A DNA stretch of 61,217 nt, counting the filler. It is 6 parts of 6 records of this genome, joined end to end, with 100 filler letters (N's around TTAATTAATTAA, not from the genome) between each part and the next. Parts side by side here need not be neighbours in the genome. Positions count along the whole stretch, not along the records: positions 35,494 to 46,607 come from SRR2962707_3195; positions 46,708 to 61,217 come from SRR2962707_3197; 4 more parts are not named here. One strand, given 5' to 3'. The notes below the pieces were generated by a model. That model made no database searches, was not told where the DNA came from, and was given only the letters and a program-made list of their open reading frames with translations. Within the stretch, counting starts at the first letter, position 1, and every line of letters starts with the position of its first letter. A program made the position numbers and the translations under genes. This document shows, piece after piece, positions 41,098 through 48,968 of this stretch.

Positions 41098-41367
41098 ATG
41101 AACAAAACACCAGCCAACGACACCCAGCCAAACCAAAAGCGGGTCAAGGAAATGTGTGACCTCATGGTCGAGCGCGCCACGACAATGATGGCCGATGAAG
41201 CTGGGGCGCCGGTCGAGATGATTGTCGATCGTCTGCTCACGTTCGCCATTGCTCAGATGGCATCGACCCATGGCCGCCAGGAAGCGCTCAACATGCTGCG
41301 CTTTGCGTCCGATCAGGTGAAAGCTGGGAAATTCGACCACCTGATCCACAGCGGCCGGCCAAACTGA
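41098..41367 (+). CDS. hypothetical protein
   Basis: 89-aa helical ORF at the end of the early operon. Confidence 0.65.
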   Translation: MNKTPANDTQPNQKRVKEMCDLMVERATTMMADEAGAPVEMIVDRLLTFAIAQMASTHGRQEALNMLRFASDQVKAGKFDHLIHSGRPN

Positions 41368-41368
41368 C

Positions 41369-41480
41369 TTGCCGGCCAATGCCTTCGCGCCTATTATCGG
41401 GGCGTCTGATTTGCATGCGTCACCAGCTGGTCTGGGACGAAAGGCAACCAGGCACCTTCGATGTCACCAGCTGGTCTGGG
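41369..41480 (+). promoter_or_regulatory. sigma70-like promoter plus two 18-bp direct repeats
   Basis: TTGCCG-N17-TATTAT (41369-41397); GTCACCAGCTGGTCTGGG at 41419 and 41463. Confidence 0.65.
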
Positions 41481-41539
41481 GCGCGAAGCACTGAAAAAGG
41501 GCACCACGGTGCCTGTGCTTTGTCGCATCGAGGTGCCTT

Positions 41540-42190
41540 ATGAAATTCGACACAACCACCAAGCAATCTGGATTCCTTCGCCTCAAATTCGCTTCCGATC
41601 AGTCGGGCGTGTTCGAGGGCTATGGCGCGATCTACGGCAACGTAGACAGCTATGGCGACATGATCATGCCAGGCGCATTCGCGAAGAGCTTGGCGGCACA
41701 CAAAACGGCTGGCACGCTGCCAGTGATGCTGTGGGGGCACGACTCGTCCCGGCCGATCGGCCGCTGGCTGGAAGTGCGCGAGGACTCATTCGGCCTCTTC
41801 GTTCGCGGCCAGTGCAATCTCGAAACGACTGCAGGCAAGGACGCCCAAGCCCACATCGCCAATGGCGACGTAACGGGCATGTCGATCGGCTATCGCCTCC
41901 CAGATGGCGGTTGGCACCGGGACGAAGGCGTCACCAAACTCACAGAAATCGATTTGAAAGAGGTGTCAGTCGTCGCCATCCCCGCGAACGACCGCGCCCG
42001 TGTCACCAGCAAAGCCGATTTGGTCGACCTGCTGATTAAAACCGGCCTGCCCCGTGCAGCCGCATCGAAGGTCGCCGCCGGCGGCTTCTCTGCCCTCTCC
42101 CAGAACCACCATACCGACGACGAACTGGTCAAGGCCGCCTTGGTCGCAGTGAACGCGTCACTGAAAAATCTTGAAAGGAATACCCGATGA
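41540..42190 (+). CDS. HK97 family prohead protease
   Basis: FEGYGAIYGNVDSYGD, PGAF, MLWGHD (His), GMSIGY (Ser) and LKEVSVVAIPAN (Glu). Confidence 0.95.
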   Translation: MKFDTTTKQSGFLRLKFASDQSGVFEGYGAIYGNVDSYGDMIMPGAFAKSLAAHKTAGTLPVMLWGHDSSRPIGRWLEVREDSFGLFVRGQCNLETTAGKDAQAHIANGDVTGMSIGYRLPDGGWHRDEGVTKLTEIDLKEVSVVAIPANDRARVTSKADLVDLLIKTGLPRAAASKVAAGGFSALSQNHHTDDELVKAALVAVNASLKNLERNTR

Positions 42191-43413
42191 GCAAAGGAAC
42201 CCGCGCTGGCGGCTATGGCTTCACCGCAATGAACTATCTGGGCGCACCTCAGATCGCATTCGATCACACCGAACGCGGCGGCGGTGGCGATATCAACGTC
42301 AAAGACCTGATGTCCGCATTTGAAAAGCGCGACGAAAAGCTGATCGCTGAACTGGCAACCGTACAGGTCAAAACCGCGGCGGTGGCCGAACAGCTAGCCC
42401 AGATTGAACAGCGCATCGCGGAAGGTGACGGCGGCAGCTTCCAGAGCCGCGACACCGGCGCCACCGTTGGTGAGCAATTCATCAACAGCGAGAACGTGAA
42501 AGGACTTCTCGAAACCGCCAACCGTCGCGGGAAGGCCGATCTTCAGCTCAAGGCGTCCTTGACCTCGCTGACCACTGACGCAGCCGGATCTGTTGGCGTT
42601 GGTATGGCCCGCAGTCGGGATAACATGGTGTTGCTCCCGCAGCGCCGGCTGACCGTACGCAGCCTGCTGCCACAAATTCAGATCACCACTGGCGCCGTGG
42701 AGGTGCCGGTGCAGAAGGGCCGCAACAACAATGCCGCGATGGTGGCGGAAGGTACGGCGAAGCCGCAAAGCGACATCCAGCTCGAGCTCAAGACTTTCAA
42801 CGCTCGAACTATCGCCCACTGGATGAAGGCGTCGCGGCAGGTGCTGGATGACGTGCCACAACTTCGCGGTATCGTTGACAATGAACTGCTGCAGGGCCTG
42901 GGCTTGAAGGAGGAAGGGCAGCTACTGAACGGCGACGGCACCGGCCAGAACCTCTTCGGCATGGTTCCGCAGGCGACCGCCTATTCCGCGCCTATCGCTA
43001 TCGCTAGCGCCACGAGCATCGACACAATTGGCCTGGCACTGCTGCAGAACGCGCTGGCTGAGTACCCTGCGGACGGTATCATCATGAACCCTGCAGACTG
43101 GCTCTACATCCGCCTGCTCAAAGACGCGGGCGGCAACTACATTTTTGGCGAACCAGGCCAGACAGTGGAGCCGCGCCTGTTTGGTGTTCCGGTGATTGCA
43201 ACGCCAGCCATGGCTGTCGACAAATTTCTCGTAGGCCAATTCCAGACCGCCGCGACCATCTATGACCGCTGGGACGCTCGCGTCGAGATCGCCACGGAAA
43301 ACGAAGACGACTTCATCAAGAACATGCTCACGATCCTGGCCGAGCAGCGCCTCGCATTTGCCGTCAAGCGCCCTCTCGCTCTGACCTATGGTGACTTTGG
43401 GCGCGTGGCATAG
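42187..43413 (+). CDS. HK97 family major capsid protein
   Basis: Coiled-coil delta domain; RRLTVRSLL, VAEGTAKP, TIAHWMKASRQVLDD, LLNGDGTG, MNPADW and DDFIKNMLTILAEQR. Confidence 0.95.
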   Translation: MSKGTRAGGYGFTAMNYLGAPQIAFDHTERGGGGDINVKDLMSAFEKRDEKLIAELATVQVKTAAVAEQLAQIEQRIAEGDGGSFQSRDTGATVGEQFINSENVKGLLETANRRGKADLQLKASLTSLTTDAAGSVGVGMARSRDNMVLLPQRRLTVRSLLPQIQITTGAVEVPVQKGRNNNAAMVAEGTAKPQSDIQLELKTFNARTIAHWMKASRQVLDDVPQLRGIVDNELLQGLGLKEEGQLLNGDGTGQNLFGMVPQATAYSAPIAIASATSIDTIGLALLQNALAEYPADGIIMNPADWLYIRLLKDAGGNYIFGEPGQTVEPRLFGVPVIATPAMAVDKFLVGQFQTAATIYDRWDARVEIATENEDDFIKNMLTILAEQRLAFAVKRPLALTYGDFGRVA

Positions 43414-43582
43414 CCATTGCGACGACCGGCCCGGCAGTCGGTCAGCGCAGGGGGCGGGAATAATCCCACCCGCCCCCAATTACTCCACCGGTGACCAAGT
43501 TCCGTTCGCACCGAGAGCAAATTCAAAAACAAAAGTTGAGGCCACCCCCGTAGGGGGTGATGTGTATCGAAAGATAATCCCA

Positions 43583-43756
43583 ATGACAGAAAACCTGTCT
43601 CCGAAGATGGCAGCCCGTCGCGCGGCGCTTGCCGAGGCTATCATTCCAATGCTTGAGGCTCAAAAAGTAAAGCTCGATGCCGGCAGGCCAGCATCAAGCG
43701 AGGATAGGGCACGGCTTGAGGAAGATCTGGCTTGGTGGTCGAGGGAGGCGAAGTAA
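43583..43756 (+). CDS. 57-aa hypothetical protein
   Basis: TAATG overlap with the fibre gene; start uncertain. Confidence 0.5.
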   Translation: MTENLSPKMAARRAALAEAIIPMLEAQKVKLDAGRPASSEDRARLEEDLAWWSREAK

Positions 43757-45399
43757 TGGCAACACCTGGCCCCTACAACGTCGGCACTATCACGGTGGCG
43801 AACGGCTCGACATCGATCGCAGGCACAAACACCTTTTGGGTTGGTGCGGTTCGGGAGAATGACATGCTGTTCGTCCCTTCGCAGGGATTGATGGCCCGCG
43901 TCACTGCTGACCCAACGAATAACGCAGTCTTGGCGATCACGGCCTGGGCCGGCACGTCTCTCGTAGATGCCGCCTATGAAATCATCCCGGCCGCGGATTC
44001 CACCACAAGTTCGGCTCGGGTGCGCGATCTGCTGGCCAACCTCACAGTCGTGGAAGCCAACGGACGCGGCCTGTTCTATCGCTTCAGCGACAGCGTGTCC
44101 GATGCCGATCCGGGCTCTGGCTATCTGCGCTTGAACAACGCATCGATTGGAAGCGCGACTGCGGCCTATGTCGACAATCTCGACGCCAACGGCGCCACGG
44201 TCTTGGCCGTTCTCGACAGCTGGGATGATGCAGCCACTGCAGCAGCGCGCGGGCAACTGTGGCTACGCTCCGTTGCTGACCCTGCAGCCTTTCATGCCTT
44301 CAAGGTCTCCGGCTCTGTCGTGGACGGCAACGGCTATCGCAAGCTGACCCTGACCTATATCGGTGGGTCGAGCACGTTCTCGGCAGATGACGAGATGATG
44401 GTAATGTTTTCAGCTCAAGGCGCGGACGGCACAAATGCCATTCTCGGCGTCTGGCAAGGCGCATGGGTCACTGCTACCGGCTATGACGTTGACGACCTCG
44501 TCGAGGAGTCCGGCAGCACCTACATCTGCGTTGAGGCGCATACGTCGGGAACATTTGCGACAGACCTTGCTGCGGCCAAATGGGAACTCGCGGTCGAGAA
44601 GGGCGATACCGGCGGCCAAGGCGATCAGGGCGACAAAGGTTGGTCTCCGCAGATTGTGGTGGTTTCAGATGGCACGAGGCGCGTTCACCAGCTTGCCGGC
44701 TATGTAGGCGGCACTGGCACGGCACCCACGGCGAACGTCGGTGAATACCTCAAGGGAGACGGCACGTTTACCGCAACGATAGGCGATGCGGTTGAAATGC
44801 GTGGCCCGGCTGGCCTCAACGGCGCAGGCACTGTTGCAAGTGTCGAGGCGGGCACTGCCATTGCAGTGGATAGCGCCGACGCGACCGCTCCCATCGTCTC
44901 CGCCATTCTCGCAAGCCAGGTGGAGGCGGAGGCCGGGGCAATCAACAGCAAGCTGATGACGCCCCTGCGTGTGCAGCAAGCCATCGAAGCGGCGGTCCCC
45001 AACGTTGGAACATTCACTGGTCAGCTGACCCCGGCTTCATCGGGGTCCATCACGATGGGCAACAACACCGGCACCTACTTTCGCTTTGGTGACATGGTGT
45101 TCTTCACCGGCATATTCGACGCTTCGTCGGTCTCTTCGCCGTCTGGGCTGCTAACCCTTGTCACTACCGGCTTGCCGGTGAGCGCAAACAACAACCGCAA
45201 CACTGCGGCTATCACACTGAACATATTCAGCCAGGTAGGCGGCGCCGATACCATCTTTCAGGCTCGCCTTCTGAAGAACACGGCCGATATCAAGATCGTT
45301 CACCTCAATCTTACCAGTGGCACAGAAGGATCAAACACAAGCGCCTTGATCAAAGCCAATACGGCAGTGGTGCTGAGTGGATTCTACATGGTTGCATGA
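43756..45399 (+). CDS. phage tail fibre/receptor-binding-like protein
   Basis: N-terminal YNVGTITVANGSTSIAGTNTFW; CBM-like WQGAW...GSTYICVEAHTS; collagen-like GDTGGQGDQGDKG; fibre repeat ASQVEAEAG...MTPLRVQQAI; GGAGG RBS. Confidence 0.8.
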   Translation: MATPGPYNVGTITVANGSTSIAGTNTFWVGAVRENDMLFVPSQGLMARVTADPTNNAVLAITAWAGTSLVDAAYEIIPAADSTTSSARVRDLLANLTVVEANGRGLFYRFSDSVSDADPGSGYLRLNNASIGSATAAYVDNLDANGATVLAVLDSWDDAATAAARGQLWLRSVADPAAFHAFKVSGSVVDGNGYRKLTLTYIGGSSTFSADDEMMVMFSAQGADGTNAILGVWQGAWVTATGYDVDDLVEESGSTYICVEAHTSGTFATDLAAAKWELAVEKGDTGGQGDQGDKGWSPQIVVVSDGTRRVHQLAGYVGGTGTAPTANVGEYLKGDGTFTATIGDAVEMRGPAGLNGAGTVASVEAGTAIAVDSADATAPIVSAILASQVEAEAGAINSKLMTPLRVQQAIEAAVPNVGTFTGQLTPASSGSITMGNNTGTYFRFGDMVFFTGIFDASSVSSPSGLLTLVTTGLPVSANNNRNTAAITLNIFSQVGGADTIFQARLLKNTADIKIVHLNLTSGTEGSNTSALIKANTAVVLSGFYMVA

Positions 45400-45403
45400 T
45401 GCG

Positions 45404-45475
45404 CCGGGGGCACCCAAAACTTCAGAAAGCGACCGTTCTCTGGACCCGCCATTCCCTCACGCAGAGATTTTTTTC
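45404..45475 (+). other. putative cos-like packaging site
   Basis: GGGGGCACCCAAAACTTCAG...GGACCCGCCATTCCCTCACGCAGAGATTTTTTT; resembles, from memory, cos regions of HK97-like phages. Confidence 0.5.
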
Positions 45476-45492
45476 TTGCTGGAAGTTCCCAG

Positions 45493-45630
45493 GTGCGAAC
45501 CAAGTGCGAACCTTGGCAAGAACCTGATATAAGTCTCTGATAACATTGGATCTCCTCAATTTTGAGGAGAACCCAAAATGGTTCGCAGTTCGCAGCTAGG
45601 TTTGCAGCGTGCGAACCAGTGCGAACCAGT
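45493..45630. repeat. cluster of GTGCGAACC repeats around a palindrome
   Basis: Copies at 45493, 45504, 45609 and 45619; inverted partial copies at 45580 and 45588; palindrome TCTCCTCAA-TT-TTGAGGAGA at 45551-45570. Confidence 0.8.
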
Positions 45631-45634
45631 AAAA

Positions 45635-46123
45635 TCACAGGCGCTGTGTCATTCGCATGTAGGGCGCAACAAGCCCTGGCAGGTCTTTTCTCAGCGCGAT
45701 AGCAACAGCCACATATTTCCCCTTGGCGGCCGTTCTCCCAGCGTCGGTAGAGTTAGTTCTAACGAACGACAGCGTGACACTCAGAGCTTCGCTCTGCAGC
45801 TGCTCAACTCGCAACGGAACCGTCCCACCGAAAAGAAAGCTGCATTCAGCGGCAAGTCTGGTGATGGTCAGGAACGCTGCATGAACCTCCTGCTCAGAAG
45901 CGTCGAGCTGAGCGAAGAGAACGTTTGCTAGTTCGAAATACCAAGCAAACCGGCGTTCAAATAGGTCGAGTACCAGCTTTTCTCGTGCAACTCGCCATTG
46001 CCGATAAGCGACAATGGCAACTGCAACTGCGACACAGGCCGTTATTGCAGACGCACTGGCTGGCGCTAGGGCAGCAAACCATTGCGCCCATTCTGGCAAA
46101 ATCAACACTTCGACAGCCGCCAT
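45635..46123 (-). CDS. hypothetical membrane-anchored cargo protein
   Basis: TM helix then YRQWRVAREKLVLDLFERRF; GAGG RBS. Confidence 0.7.
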   Translation of the reverse strand: MAAVEVLILPEWAQWFAALAPASASAITACVAVAVAIVAYRQWRVAREKLVLDLFERRFAWYFELANVLFAQLDASEQEVHAAFLTITRLAAECSFLFGGTVPLRVEQLQSEALSVTLSFVRTNSTDAGRTAAKGKYVAVAIALRKDLPGLVAPYMRMTQRL

Positions 46124-46187
46124 TTATTCGCCCTCATGTCGTATCCATGTCGCATGGATTCGCCGAAAGTGTCACGCATGTGGTGCA

Positions 46188-46433
46188 CTAGGTGTTGTCT
46201 CCCTTGCCCGCTCGATCTGCAAAACTGTGTCTCGGCTCAGTGGGCTGCAGGTCACTTAGGAAATCGAGCCACCTGTCTATTGCCCTGATGTCATAAAGAG
46301 CCTTGGCACCAATCTTCACGGGCACCACCGGACACCAGGCAGAGAAGCCATCGGTGGATTTGAAGCCGACATAGTTGGCGGCCTCGATCTTGGTGAGCAT
46401 TCGCCGGGTTGGTAGCGCGAGCGCTGGTTTCAT
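46188..46433 (-). CDS. excisionase-like small DNA-binding protein
   Basis: RMLTKIEAANYVG...LYDIRAIDRWLD; AAGGA RBS; next to att. Confidence 0.75.
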   Translation of the reverse strand: MKPALALPTRRMLTKIEAANYVGFKSTDGFSAWCPVVPVKIGAKALYDIRAIDRWLDFLSDLQPTEPRHSFADRAGKGDNT

Positions 46434-46577
46434 GTTGCATCCTTGTCGCGTGGATTCGCCGAGACAGTCGAGAACGTCGCGGAAATGCTGGGAATTGCTT
46501 TGCAACACGCACGCAACAAATTTGCGCCAACTTCGCGGGCGCAACACAATTAACTGATTGAAACATATGGGAAAATT

Positions 46578-46607
46578 GTGGTGCCCGGGACCGGAATCGA
46601 ACCAGTG
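46578..46607. repeat. second att copy (tRNA-Phe 3' end)
   Basis: GTGGTGCCCGGGACCGGAATCGAACCAGTG, identical to 35494-35523. Confidence 0.95.
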
Positions 46608-46707
46608 NNNNNNNNNNNNNNNNNNNNNNNNNNNNNNNNNNNNNNNNNNNNTTAATTAATTAANNNNNNNNNNNNNNNNNNNNNNNNNNNNNNNNNNNNN
46701 NNNNNNN
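46608..46707. other. artificial contig spacer
   Basis: N44-TTAATTAATTAA-N44. Confidence 0.99.
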
Positions 46708-47094
46708 CTGATAGGTGTCGTACATGAAGTCCTTGCGGAGGACCGGGAGCGCCGTCGCGGCGCGGGCGGCGGTGAGAAAATCCGGAGCGCCCTGGAAGGA
46801 GGGCGTGTCGGTGAGAACGGACAGGCAGGTGGCGCCACCCGCTTCATACGCGCGGGCGAGGGCGGGGGGATCGAAATCCGCGCGGATGAGGCCCTTCGAT
46901 GGGCTCGCCTTCTTGATTTCGGCGATGAGGCCAAAGCCGCCGCCCTCCTCGCGGGCGCGGAGCGCCGAATGGAAGCCGCGAACGGGCGAGGCGTTGCGCG
47001 CCGCTTCCTCGACGGAGGCGAGGGGGTGCGCGCGCTTCGCGGCGGCGATCTCGTCGAGTTTATAGGCGCCGATCTTTTCGAGAATGTCAGCCAT
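46708..47094 (-). CDS. trpC: indole-3-glycerol phosphate synthase, 3'-truncated
   Basis: [19 protein letters not shown] and LRKDF motifs. Confidence 0.96.
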
Positions 47095-48112
47095 CGGTTT
47101 TTCCGTTCGAGACGGCGACGAGTTTCGCGAGCGCCGTTTTGGCCGCGCCGCTGTCGATTGCCTTTGCGGCCATGACGGCGCCTTCCTTCAGGGTGGCGGC
47201 CTTGCCGGAGACGATGAGCGCGGCGGCGGCGTTCAGCAGCACGATATCGCGATAGGCGCATTGCTCGCCATCGAAGAGGCGGTGGATCGCGGCGGCGTTC
47301 TCAGCCGGGTTGCCGCCCTTCAGGTCGGCGATAGAGGCGCGCTTCAAGCCGGCCTCTTCCGGCGTCACTTCAAAGACGCGGATCTTGCCGTTCTTCAGTT
47401 CGGCGACGGTACTCGGGCCCGTGGTCGTGATTTCGTCCATGCCGTCGGAGCCGTGAACGACCCAGGCGCTGTCGGAGCCCAGATTGCGGAGCGCTTCGGC
47501 GAAGGGCTCGACCCATTCGGCGGCGAAGACGCCGAGCAACTGGCGCTTCACGAGGGCGGGGTTCGAGAGCGGGCCCAGCATGTTGAAGATCGTCTTGATG
47601 CCGAGATCGCCGCGCACGGGGGCGACATGCTTCATTGCTGAATGATGCGCCTGCGCGAACATGAAGCCGATGCCTGCCTTTTCGATGCAGGCCGAAATGG
47701 TCGCGGGGTCGATGTCGAGATTGACGCCGAGTTCCTGCAGCGCGTCCGCCGTGCCGGAAAGGGAGGACGCCTTGCGGTTGCCATGCTTGGCGACCGGCAC
47801 GCCCGCTGCCGCAACGACAATGGCGGTGGCGGTCGAGATGTTCCAGGTGCCGACGCCGTCGCCGCCGGTGCCGACGATGTCGATGGCGTCCGCCGGCGCC
47901 GTGACCTTCAGCGCGCGTTCGCGCATGACGGTTGCGCCTGCCGTGATTTCCTCGACGGTTTCGCCGCGCACGCGCAGGCCCATCAGGAAGGCCGCGATCT
48001 GCGCGGGCGTTGCCTCGCCGGACATGACGGTTTCGAAGGCGGCGCGCGCCGTGGCGGCGTCCAGCGGGCGGCCCTCGGCGAGCCGCGCGATGATGGATTT
48101 GAAGTCGGTCAT
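47087..48112 (-). CDS. trpD: anthranilate phosphoribosyltransferase
   Basis: [25 protein letters not shown] and DGMDE motifs. Confidence 0.96.
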   Translation of the reverse strand: MTDFKSIIARLAEGRPLDAATARAAFETVMSGEATPAQIAAFLMGLRVRGETVEEITAGATVMRERALKVTAPADAIDIVGTGGDGVGTWNISTATAIVVAAAGVPVAKHGNRKASSLSGTADALQELGVNLDIDPATISACIEKAGIGFMFAQAHHSAMKHVAPVRGDLGIKTIFNMLGPLSNPALVKRQLLGVFAAEWVEPFAEALRNLGSDSAWVVHGSDGMDEITTTGPSTVAELKNGKIRVFEVTPEEAGLKRASIADLKGGNPAENAAAIHRLFDGEQCAYRDIVLLNAAAALIVSGKAATLKEGAVMAAKAIDSGAAKTALAKLVAVSNGKTDG

Positions 48113-48128
48113 GCCCCCAGCGAACTCC

Positions 48129-48722
48129 TCACGCCAGTTCTTTGACGTTGATGCCCGCAAGCTGCAGGAAGTTGCGCAGGATGTCGTGCCCATGTTCGGA
48201 AGCGATGCTTTCCGGGTGGAACTGCACGCCGTGGATCGGCAGCTCCTTGTGCTGCGCGCCCATGATGATGCCATCCGTGGTCCATGCCGTGATTTCGAGG
48301 CAATCGGGCAGGGTTTCGCGCTCGACGATCAAAGAGTGGTAGCGCGTCGCCTCGATGGGGCTCGGCAGGTTCTGGAAGATGCCTTTGCCGCCATGATGGA
48401 TGGCGCTCATCTTGCCGTGCATGAGGGTGGGCGCGCGGACGACCTTGCCGCCGAAGGCCTGGCCGATGGCCTGATGGCCGAGGCAGACGCCGAGAAGCGG
48501 AATGCGATGGGCGGCGGCGGCCTGAATGAGATCGAGGCAGATGCCCGCCTTGTCCGGGTCGCAAGGGCCGGGCGAGAGGACGATAGCCTGGGGCCGGGTC
48601 GCCAGCGCCTCGTTGACCGTGATCTTGTCGTTCCGGTGGACAGTCGCCTCCGCGCCCAGTTCACCGAGGAAATGGACGAGGTTATAGGTGAAACTGTCAT
48701 AGTTATCGATGAGCAGCAGCAT
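48129..48722 (-). CDS. trpG: anthranilate synthase component II
   Basis: [27 protein letters not shown] and QFHPES motifs. Confidence 0.96.
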   Translation of the reverse strand: MLLLIDNYDSFTYNLVHFLGELGAEATVHRNDKITVNEALATRPQAIVLSPGPCDPDKAGICLDLIQAAAAHRIPLLGVCLGHQAIGQAFGGKVVRAPTLMHGKMSAIHHGGKGIFQNLPSPIEATRYHSLIVERETLPDCLEITAWTTDGIIMGAQHKELPIHGVQFHPESIASEHGHDILRNFLQLAGINVKELA

Positions 48723-48968
48723 TGGCCGAACCTTGAAGGGCGGCGGCCGGAGGGCTGCCGTGTGACTTCTATATAGGCTCCGGGCCCCTGCCGGGGCAAG
48801 GCTTGGGGGAGGCGGCTTTTTTGCCAATCGGCCGAAGGAAAGCCGGGCCTGACGACAAATCCGGGGTATGCTGCGGTGTGACTAGACGGCAAGGAAACGG
48901 CGAATCGTTAACGTTGTCGGAACCATAAGCGATCGATGCTCCCAGGGCCGCAACCAAGGGACCGTCCG

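Larger units (their letters stand above)
35494..46607. mobile_element. 11.1-kb tRNA-Phe-targeting integrative element, candidate phage satellite
   Basis: 30-bp terminal direct repeat from the tRNA 3' end; integrase, xis-like genes, rep, protease, capsid and fibre; no recognisable portal, terminase, tail or lysis genes. Confidence 0.88.

Noticed and set aside
41419-41480. Mini-CRISPR array
   Set aside because: Only two 18-bp repeats with a 26-bp gap, shorter than typical CRISPR repeats, and no cas genes; better explained as operators
42187-43413. Encapsulin nanocompartment
   Set aside because: Has a delta domain and a coupled prohead protease in a mobile element, with no cargo enzyme
35494-46607. 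Complete prophage, gene transfer agent or cf-PICI
   Set aside because: All of these need portal and large terminase genes, which are not recognisable here; GTAs also lack int, att and rep
34720-47094. fhs and trpC as the chromosomal flanks of the element
   Set aside because: They are separated from it by artificial spacers, so the adjacency carries no information
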